Assembly: GCA_965223565.1 (NCBI GenBank)
Contig: CBDCWV010000017.1
Coordinates: 84,463-148,462, forward strand
Direction of reading: 5' to 3'
Source of the DNA: Myxococcota bacterium
GTDB taxonomy: Bacteria > Myxococcota_A > UBA9160 > UBA4427
DNA: 64,000 nt
Below are positions 1 to 7,370 of the stretch, piece by piece. Position 1 is the first letter of the stretch, and each line of letters begins with the position of its first letter. The translations under genes were made by a program, and so were the position numbers. Below the pieces are notes generated by a model. The model did no database searches. It worked only from the letters and a program-made list of their open reading frames with translations, and was not told the DNA's origin.

Positions 1-1
1 G

Positions 2-880
2 CACCGCCTCCGGACCCGCTGGCTCGGACATGCGATCGAACATTTCGAGCAGACGGATTCGACCAATCGCGTCGCCTTCGATCGCGGCCGCGCCGGCGCC
101 GCCGCCGGGACCGTCGTCGTCGCTGAGGCCCAGTCGGCCGGGCGCGGTCGGCTCGGGCGAACGTTCTACTCGCCGCCACACGCCAATTTCTACGGCTCGG
201 TCGTGTTGCGACCGACCGGCTCGATCGCCGCGACACCGACCTTGATCCTCGCCGCAGCAATCGCCGTCGCCACCGCAGTCGCCGAACGACTCGACGATCC
301 GACGCGGGTCGAGATCAAGTGGCCGAACGACGTCCTGATCGACGGCCGCAAGACCTCCGGCATCCTGATGGAGAGTAGCGCCGAGGGCACACACCTCGCC
401 TTCGCCGTGCTCGGTATCGGCGTCAATCTGAACGTCGATCGTGCGAGCTTCCCCGACGAGTTTCGCCCGCTGGCGACGAGCCTGGCCAGCGAGAGTAATC
501 GCCCGGTCGACCGCATCGCCTTCGCGCGAAGCCTCTTCGAGCATCTCGAAATCCTGCTCGACGCCCATGCCGAGTCGGGCTTCGAAGGGTTGCGTCCGCG
601 TTTCGACGCCTTCTTCCGCATGCGAGGGCGACCCATCACGATCGACGAGATCGGCGGGGACCGGATCGAGGGCGTCGCACGCGGCATCGCGCCCAACGGT
701 GCCCTCGAGGTCGAGTGCACGTCGGGTCCCCGCCGCGGCGAGTCGCTGCGCGTGCTGGCCGGGGACGTCACGCTGGCGAAACCGCAACCGAACGCGGATG
801 ATTCGCCTGCCAGCCGGGGCCGAAGCGGAGGAGAGGGCCCGAGCGCGCCAGGCGGCGAGGAGGCGACCAGCCGTGAGTGA
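2..880 (+). CDS. birA: Biotin--[acetyl-CoA-carboxylase] ligase BirA; 5' end is outside the window
   Basis: The frame is open from position 2. It translates to GRGRLGRTFYSPP...NFYGSVVLRP, KWPNDVLIDGRKTSGIL and GIGVNLN, which are typical BirA catalytic-core motifs. The stop TGA at 878-880 overlaps the coaX GTG start. Confidence 0.85.
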   Translation, partial: HRLRTRWLGHAIEHFEQTDSTNRVAFDRGRAGAAAGTVVVAEAQSAGRGRLGRTFYSPPHANFYGSVVLRPTGSIAATPTLILAAAIAVATAVAERLDDPTRVEIKWPNDVLIDGRKTSGILMESSAEGTHLAFAVLGIGVNLNVDRASFPDEFRPLATSLASESNRPVDRIAFARSLFEHLEILLDAHAESGFEGLRPRFDAFFRMRGRPITIDEIGGDRIEGVARGIAPNGALEVECTSGPRRGESLRVLAGDVTLAKPQPNADDSPASRGRSGGEGPSAPGGEEATSRE

Positions 881-1697
881 TCCCGGGGACGCACCCGTCC
901 TGCTCGTCATCGACGTCGGGAATACGAACGTCTCGCTCGGTGTCTTCGACTACGACGCGGCGCCCGAGCGCGGCACGGGTCGACTCTCCCAGCATTGGCG
1001 CGTCTCGACCCATCGCGAACAGACCTCGGACGAGCTCGTCATCTCGCTCTCCGCCCTCTTCGCGAGCGAGGGTCGCGCGACGCACGAGATCACGGACGTG
1101 ATCCTGTCGAGTGTCGTGCCGCCGGTCGTGCCGATCTGGGAGCGGGTATCGAGCAAGCTGTTCGGCTGTCCGGCGCAGATCGTCGGGCCGGGTATGCGAA
1201 CCGGCATGCCCGTGCGCTACGAGAACCCGCACGAGGTCGGCGCCGACCGGATCGTCAACGCCGTCGCCGCCTTCGAGCTCTACGGCGGGCCGATCATCGC
1301 CGTGGATTTCGGGACCGCCACGACCTTCGACTGCATCTCGGAGCGTGGCGAGTATCTCGGAGGGGTGATTTGTCCCGGCATCCACATCTCGATGGAGGCG
1401 CTCTTCGAGCGCGCCTCGAAGCTCCATCGTGTCGAGATCGCGCGGCCGCGCTCGGTGATCGGTCGCACGACGACCGGTGCCCTTCAATCGGGCCTGCTCT
1501 ACGGCTACGCGGGGCTCGTCGACTCGATGATCGGCCGGATCCGGGGCGAGCTCGGCGAGCACGCCCGCGTCATCGCAACCGGTGGCCTGGCCCGCCGGAT
1601 CGCGGAGGAATCGAGCGAGATCGAGCAGGTGGCGCCGTTTCTGACGCTCGACGGGCTCCGCATCCTCTTCGAGAAGAACGCCTCGGACCGCGGCTGA
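873..1697 (+). CDS. coaX: Type III pantothenate kinase (CoaX/Baf)
   Basis: GTG at 873 lies in the frame of ORF 441..1697. Motifs seen: LLVIDVGNTNVSLGVF, GADRIVNAVAA and AVDFGTATTFD (ASKHA fold, CoaX). The length of about 275 aa is typical. birA-coaX adjacency is common. Confidence 0.85.
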   Translation: MSDPGDAPVLLVIDVGNTNVSLGVFDYDAAPERGTGRLSQHWRVSTHREQTSDELVISLSALFASEGRATHEITDVILSSVVPPVVPIWERVSSKLFGCPAQIVGPGMRTGMPVRYENPHEVGADRIVNAVAAFELYGGPIIAVDFGTATTFDCISERGEYLGGVICPGIHISMEALFERASKLHRVEIARPRSVIGRTTTGALQSGLLYGYAGLVDSMIGRIRGELGEHARVIATGGLARRIAEESSEIEQVAPFLTLDGLRILFEKNASDRG

Positions 1698-1875
1698 GCC
1701 GCGAGCACGTCGAGCCCCCGCCAGGCTCGACGCTCGGGCCGCCTGGCCCCCTCCCCGCGCGCGTCGCGAACAGGCTCGGCAAGGGGATTCCCGGGATCAA
1801 GTCGCGTGCGCCCGAGGCCGATGCAGCCAGCGGGACGATTCCAGGCAATCCGACTCGAAAGACGACCGCGCGGGA

Positions 1876-3054
1876 TTGTGGGAAAATAAACACGTCGCTC
1901 TTCGTCGCGCGCGCGACGATCTCCGACGGAGAAGCCACGCATTGACGGAAGACACTTCGAGCAAGCCGGCCGGGGAGGCCGACGCCGGAAGCGGCCAGAA
2001 GGTGAAGCTGAAGCTCACGCTCTCGCCCCAGGCCGAGAAATACGCCCGCCGAGATGCCCCGCTCGAGGCCCGCCAGATGGCGGCGCGTGGCGCCCTGCCA
2101 CTCGAGCCGGTCGAGCTGGCGACGGTGCTCTTCGTGCTGGCGAACGACGAGGACGCCTCCGTCAAGGAGACCGCGCGCACGAGCCTCGAATCGCTCCCCG
2201 AGCAAGTACTCAAGACGGTCTTGTCGGGACCCGCCCACCCGGCGCTGCTCTCGTTTCTCGCCCGCATCCACAAGGAGACCGAATCCCACTGCGAGGCCAT
2301 CGCACTCAACCCGGCGAGTGACGACACGACGATCGCCTGGCTGGCCAGCCTGCCCCATCCCCGCGTCGTCGATATCATCAGTCAGAACCAAGAGCGGATG
2401 ATGCGGCACGAGGAGATCGTCGACGCACTCGGCGCGAATCCCCTGACCGGTCGGGCCGTGATCGAGCGGATCTTGACCTTTCTCGGCCTCGAAGAGCGCG
2501 CTGTCGACGACGCAGACGATGCCACGGTCGACGAGGACCAGGCGGAGGCGGCCGTCCTCGAGCTGCTCGGTGAAGAGATGGGCGACGTCGCTCGATTGCT
2601 CGCACAAGAGGGCGGCGACGACCTCGAGGACGAGGAGCTCGAGGGCAGCCTCTACGCGGCCGTCCAGAAGATGACGGTGATGCAGAAGATCAAGCTGACC
2701 CGCGTCGGCGGCAAGGAAGCCCGTGCCCTGCTCATCAAGGACCGGAACCGGATCGTCGCCTCCGCCGTGCTCGGCAGCCCCAAGCTCACCGAGACCGAGG
2801 TGATCGGCTTCGTCCAGAATCGCTCGATCGGCGACGAGCTGCTGCGAATCATCGCGAACAACCGCGACTGGACGAAGAACTACCAGATCAAGCTGGGCCT
2901 CGTGACGAATCCCAAGACGCCACAGCCGCAGGCGATCAAGTTCATCAACTACCTCCAGGACAAGGACCTGCGCGCACTCATGAAGAGCAAGGACGTTCCG
3001 AGCAACATCAGCGCCCAGGCTAGGCGCATCCTCGGCAAGAAGGGAAAGCTCTGA
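1876..3054 (+). CDS. HEAT/ARM-like helical repeat protein, function unknown; first gene of a coupled trio
   Basis: 392-aa ORF with high GC3. It shows recurring helical repeat segments (LPEQVLKTVL, HPALLSFLA, NPLTGRAVIERIL, SPKLTETEVIGFV, NPKTPQPQAIKFINYL) and an acidic linker. An alternative TTG start is possible at 1942. Its stop overlaps the next ATG (TGATG at 3052-3056). Confidence 0.6.
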   Translation: MWENKHVALRRARDDLRRRSHALTEDTSSKPAGEADAGSGQKVKLKLTLSPQAEKYARRDAPLEARQMAARGALPLEPVELATVLFVLANDEDASVKETARTSLESLPEQVLKTVLSGPAHPALLSFLARIHKETESHCEAIALNPASDDTTIAWLASLPHPRVVDIISQNQERMMRHEEIVDALGANPLTGRAVIERILTFLGLEERAVDDADDATVDEDQAEAAVLELLGEEMGDVARLLAQEGGDDLEDEELEGSLYAAVQKMTVMQKIKLTRVGGKEARALLIKDRNRIVASAVLGSPKLTETEVIGFVQNRSIGDELLRIIANNRDWTKNYQIKLGLVTNPKTPQPQAIKFINYLQDKDLRALMKSKDVPSNISAQARRILGKKGKL

Positions 3055-4067
3055 TGAAGGGCGTCAACGCGCGGATCCTGCTCTGGGGGATCGCCGGCAG
3101 TGGAAAGTCGACGACGCTCCGGACGATCCACGACAAGCTGCGATCGGACCTGCGCGGCGATCTCCGCCTCGAGCCGACGCGACTCGACCCGACGCTCCAA
3201 TACGAAGTCCTCCCGATCACGCTCGGCGAGGTCGCGGGCGTCGCGACCGAGCTCGAGATCGTCGCCGTACCGGGCGCCGACGAGCATGCGATGACCCGCA
3301 AGCAGCTGCTCGACGGTGTCGACGGAATCATCCTGCTGATCGACAGCAGCCCCGAGAAGATCGAAGCGAACATCCCCGCGATCGAGGAGCTCAAGACGTC
3401 GCTGGCCGCCTACGGTCAGCGCCTCGATGCATTCCCGGTCGTGCTCCAGTACAACAAACGGGACGTCGCCGATCCCTTCGCGATCGAGGATCTCCATCGT
3501 CGCATCGGCCTCGATCAGACGGCCGTCTTCGAGACGATCGCAACGACGGGCCACGGCATCCTCGCCACCCTCACGACGATCTCGAAGCATGTCGTGCGCG
3601 CGCGACGCGGTACGTCGCAGTCGAGCGGGTCGGCCGCAGTCACGTCCGATGGCGCCCCAGCCGACATCCACGCAACGACGGCAGCCGTGATCGCGTCGAA
3701 CGCCGACCTCGAGCTGCTCGAGCCGGACGAGGCCGAAGGAGCAGCCGAATCGATCGCGGATCCAGCTGCCGGTACGGTGCCTGCGGAGCCCCACGACGTG
3801 CTCGAAGCGGCGATTCTCGCCGAGGGCGAGGCACTCGCCGACACCGACCCGGCCGGCGACGCCGGGTTCCCGAACGTCGACGACACCGCGAAGGCCGACG
3901 CGTCGCCGCTCGGACCCGAGCTCCGCGTCGTCTCGGTCGGTCGCGCCGAGCTCGCCGCGGACGGCGGTGTCCGGCTGCCGCTGGTCCTGGGCGACGCCGC
4001 GGGCCGATCTCGGAGCGTCGTTCTCTCGCTGCGTCTGGATGCGCTCGCGTCGGAGCTCAGCGACTGA
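3054..4067 (+). CDS. MglA-family Ras-like small GTPase paralog with an approximately 150-aa acidic C-terminal extension
   Basis: P-loop GIAGSGKST. The segment DPTLQYEVLPITLGEVAGVATELEIVAVPGADEH aligns to MglA [34 protein letters not shown]. G4 motif QYNKRD is identical to MglA; G5-like ETIATTGHG. Residues at the MglA Arg53 and Gln82 positions are Pro and Ala. Confidence 0.8.
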   Translation: MKGVNARILLWGIAGSGKSTTLRTIHDKLRSDLRGDLRLEPTRLDPTLQYEVLPITLGEVAGVATELEIVAVPGADEHAMTRKQLLDGVDGIILLIDSSPEKIEANIPAIEELKTSLAAYGQRLDAFPVVLQYNKRDVADPFAIEDLHRRIGLDQTAVFETIATTGHGILATLTTISKHVVRARRGTSQSSGSAAVTSDGAPADIHATTAAVIASNADLELLEPDEAEGAAESIADPAAGTVPAEPHDVLEAAILAEGEALADTDPAGDAGFPNVDDTAKADASPLGPELRVVSVGRAELAADGGVRLPLVLGDAAGRSRSVVLSLRLDALASELSD

Positions 4068-6349
4068 TGCGTCGGCGTCTCGGCATCTGGGGGGCATCGG
4101 AGGAATCGCTCCGCCTGCTGCGCCTGCTCGCGGGCAACCCCGAGGTCGAGGTGATCCGGATCTTCGACGACGACGCGAGCGTCGGGCTCGCGCGCGCGCG
4201 CGGTCTCGGCGGCGCCCTCGCCCACGACGTGGCCCCCTTGCTCGTCGACGAGGTCGATGCGTTCTTCGCGCCCGCCACGGAATACGACGCCATCATCGAC
4301 GCCCGCGGCGATTTCGCGCAGCACGCACCCGAAGGTCCGCGCGCGGCGCTCCAGGTCGTCACGCCGCTCACGGCTCGGCTGCTCTGGGGCTACGGCGTCG
4401 CACCGCGCGACCGCAAGGCGGAGCTACTCCAGGCGCTGCACGAGGTCGTCGAGTCCGTCGAGCTCACGATCGACGGCGACGAGCTCTTCAAACGCATGCT
4501 CGAGATCGCGGTCGGCGTGACGGGCGCCGAGGGCGGCAGTCTCATGCTGCTCGATCCCGAGACACAGGTCCTTCGCATTCGCGTCGCGACGGGCGTCGAG
4601 CCCGAGCTCTGGCCGAAGATCCGCGTGGCACTCGGTCAGGGGATCTCGGGTCGGGTCGCCTCCGAGGGAAGGTCGATCCACCTGCGCGGTCGCGCGGACG
4701 GCGCGAAATTCGATCTGATCCGCGAGCGCGTCGACGTCGAGTCCGCGCTCTGCGTACCGCTCATCCACAGCGGTCGTGTGCTCGGCGTATTGAACGTGCA
4801 CCACGCGACCCAGCCGGACGTCTTCTCGGAAGAAGACCTTCGCTTCATGGAGCAGCTCGCGCGACTCGACGCCCAGATCATCGCGCGCGCCCAGGAGCAC
4901 GAACGCCTGCGCAGCCAGGCTGCTCGCTACGGCGCGGTCCAGGAGGTCCAGCGCATGCTCCGGGGCTCTGCCGTCCTGTCCGACCGCCTGCGCGAGTTCT
5001 GCGCCTACATGGCGGAGCGCGCCGGGCACGGTATCGCACAGCTCTACCTGCGCGAAGCCGACGGCGGGCTGCGACTGGCTGCGACGTCTCTCAAGGGCGG
5101 CGGCTTCGGCGGCGAGTACCGGCTCGAGCCCGGACAGGGGATCGACGGCGAAGCGATTCGCACCCGCGAGCTCTGCGTGCTCCGCCGCGAGGATGCACGC
5201 ATCGGCTATGCCGCCCTCCCCCTGGTCGCCGGCAAACAGCTCGTGGGTCTTCTGTCGATTCAGGTCGGTCCCGACAGCGAACAGAATCGCGGCACGCTCG
5301 AGGGCTGGCAGGAGATCGCGGCGGCCGCTGCCGACGCGATCGCCCGCAGCGACCACGAGGCGCGCCTCGCGAGTCGCGCGGAGCGCATCAATGCGATCAA
5401 CGAGACCTCGATCCGCATGCTGTCCTGTACCGATCCGAGCGAGGTCGCACGTCTGGCGACGTCGTCGGCCGCCATGGTGCTCGAAGCGGACCACGCGGTC
5501 CTGCGGCTTCAGAACCCAAAGACGCGACGTTATTCGATCCGTTCCTACTTCGGTGCCGCCGACGGCGAGGCCCAGGAGGCCCTCTTCCGACTCGACAAAG
5601 CCGTCACGGTCGACACGATCCGGCGTCGCACGCCCCACCTGATTCCCGATGCGAGCCTCGATCCGAAGCTCGGGGAATTCGTCGACGAGATGCGCTCGGT
5701 CCTCGCGGGCCCGATCAAGCGCGAAGGTGAAGTGATCGGGACGATCGCCGTCTACGACAAGGTCGCCCTCGACCGATTCTTCGCCAGTCGCTTCGACGAC
5801 GAGGACCTGCTGGTCTTCGGACGCTTCGTCTCCTACGTCGAGCGTGCGATCGACCATGCCCTCTCCCACCGCGAGAACCAACGCAATCGCAACTTCGACG
5901 ACGAGACCGGGCTACCGAACGCGGGCTACCTCGCGAAACGGACGGACGAGGAGATCGCACGTGCGGCCGGCCGCGAGAACGCACTCGCACTCTGCATCTG
6001 CCGGCTCGAGAACCGCGCCGAGCTGACGGCGGAGGCGAACGCGGCCCACGTCGGGCGGGTGATCCGGTGCCTGGCGGAGAGCCTGCAGACCCACCTGCGC
6101 GAGTTCGACGTGCTCGCGCGACTGGACAAGGACGAATTCGCCGTCCTGCTGCCCGAGCCGGGTCGCACGCCGGGGGAACGCGTCTTCGAGCTCGCCCGCG
6201 CGGTTGCCGACGCGATCGCGAAGAACGAGGCCCTGAACCAGCCGATCCGAGTCGGCCTGGCCTTCGGCTATGGCATCCATCCGGCGGATGGAGAAGATCG
6301 CGAAGCCCTGCTGGCGCACGCCCGCGAGCCACGTATTCGTATGGTCTAG
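4067..6349 (+). CDS. Multi-GAF protein with a C-terminal degenerate GGDEF domain (DKDEF) and a retained RxxD I-site
   Basis: GAF-like blocks are present, e.g. GAEGGSLMLLDPETQVLRIRVATG...GISGRVASEG...ALCVPLIHSGRVLGVLNVHH, followed by two more. The C-terminus reads DETGLPNAGYL...REFDVLARLDKDEFAVLLPE, a GGDEF fold with GG replaced by DK (nt 6125-6139) and RxxD (REFD) five residues upstream. The start overlaps the previous stop (TGATG at 4065-4069). Confidence 0.8.
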   Translation: MRRRLGIWGASEESLRLLRLLAGNPEVEVIRIFDDDASVGLARARGLGGALAHDVAPLLVDEVDAFFAPATEYDAIIDARGDFAQHAPEGPRAALQVVTPLTARLLWGYGVAPRDRKAELLQALHEVVESVELTIDGDELFKRMLEIAVGVTGAEGGSLMLLDPETQVLRIRVATGVEPELWPKIRVALGQGISGRVASEGRSIHLRGRADGAKFDLIRERVDVESALCVPLIHSGRVLGVLNVHHATQPDVFSEEDLRFMEQLARLDAQIIARAQEHERLRSQAARYGAVQEVQRMLRGSAVLSDRLREFCAYMAERAGHGIAQLYLREADGGLRLAATSLKGGGFGGEYRLEPGQGIDGEAIRTRELCVLRREDARIGYAALPLVAGKQLVGLLSIQVGPDSEQNRGTLEGWQEIAAAAADAIARSDHEARLASRAERINAINETSIRMLSCTDPSEVARLATSSAAMVLEADHAVLRLQNPKTRRYSIRSYFGAADGEAQEALFRLDKAVTVDTIRRRTPHLIPDASLDPKLGEFVDEMRSVLAGPIKREGEVIGTIAVYDKVALDRFFASRFDDEDLLVFGRFVSYVERAIDHALSHRENQRNRNFDDETGLPNAGYLAKRTDEEIARAAGRENALALCICRLENRAELTAEANAAHVGRVIRCLAESLQTHLREFDVLARLDKDEFAVLLPEPGRTPGERVFELARAVADAIAKNEALNQPIRVGLAFGYGIHPADGEDREALLAHAREPRIRMV

Positions 6350-6452
6350 CACTTTCCCGGACACATCCGGGGCCAATTGGCCACCTAACGGGAGAGGTTC
6401 GAGACCGCGCTGCCGATGGTGCGCACTCGAGCACCACCCGGAGGGTTTCGCC

Positions 6453-7139
6453 GTGTCCCGCATCCTCGTCTCATTGGTCGCCCTCCTGGCGACCGCGGCA
6501 TCGTCCGCGACCGCGATCACCTACTCGGACGGTACGTTCCTCGACGCCGACTGGACGGGCGTCAAGGTCGTCGATACGACCGCGAGTGCCGACGCCACGT
6601 TCGTCGCCGTACAGGTCGCGACCAACGGCAACCCCGACGCCTATCGCCGTGTCGAGCACGGCTATGGCCCCGGCTCGATCGGAATCCGCCACTTGAGAGA
6701 CGACGCGACCTACGACCCCGGTGCGCTCGGCGCGATCGCAACGCTCGACTACTCGTTCGACGCGATCCATCTCGATCCACCGACGAATCAGGCGGTCGCT
6801 TTCAACATCCTGCTCTTCCAGTCGGACTCGACCTATATCGCTGCGGGGCACAACGCCTTCGACGCCGTCTGGACGCCGTTCGGCGGCGCTGGGCTCGTCG
6901 CGGCCGATTTCTCGCTCTACGCCGGGACGGGCCCGTCCAATCCGGATTTCTCTCCGAGCGGCGGGGTGATCACGGCCGGCTATGCGACACGCAACACGAA
7001 CTCCGGGGGCGCGACGCGAATCACGCGGTTGGGCGGAATCGACAACTGGAGCGTGACGTTCAACCCCATCCCGGAACCGACAGCCGCGTGTCTGATCGGA
7101 ATTGGACTCGCTGGTCTCGCGTCATTGCGCCCTCGCTGA
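6453..7139 (+). CDS. PEP-CTERM sorting-domain secreted protein
   Basis: GTG at 6453 follows GGAGGG. Signal peptide VSRILVSLVALLATAASSATA. The C-terminus IPEPTAACLIGIGLAGLASLRPR shows PEP, a TM helix and a basic tail. Confidence 0.75.
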   Translation: MSRILVSLVALLATAASSATAITYSDGTFLDADWTGVKVVDTTASADATFVAVQVATNGNPDAYRRVEHGYGPGSIGIRHLRDDATYDPGALGAIATLDYSFDAIHLDPPTNQAVAFNILLFQSDSTYIAAGHNAFDAVWTPFGGAGLVAADFSLYAGTGPSNPDFSPSGGVITAGYATRNTNSGGATRITRLGGIDNWSVTFNPIPEPTAACLIGIGLAGLASLRPR

Positions 7140-7370
7140 GGCGAGCGCGGAGTCGAGCTCCGGACCGCCTCTCGAACTCCTGAGCTTCTGCTGATGTTCC
7201 CTTTCGTGCACTCTAGGGACAATTCCCTTGAGACACGCATGCCCTCGAGGGTTGCCTGCCGGCAGCCTCCTACAGGCAGTATGCGTGACCACGAGATTGC
7301 GTACGTGCCGCCCACACGTCGCGATCCATTCGCGCCGCGAGGTCCACCTCCGACGCGATTGAGGACTGAC

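Noticed and set aside
441-872. N-terminal 144-aa extension of the coaX ORF (ORF 441..1697)
   Set aside because: The extension lies out of frame inside birA and is Arg/Ser/Pro-rich nonsense. The GTG at 873 gives a normal-length CoaX beginning just before the DVGNTN motif, and it overlaps the birA stop.
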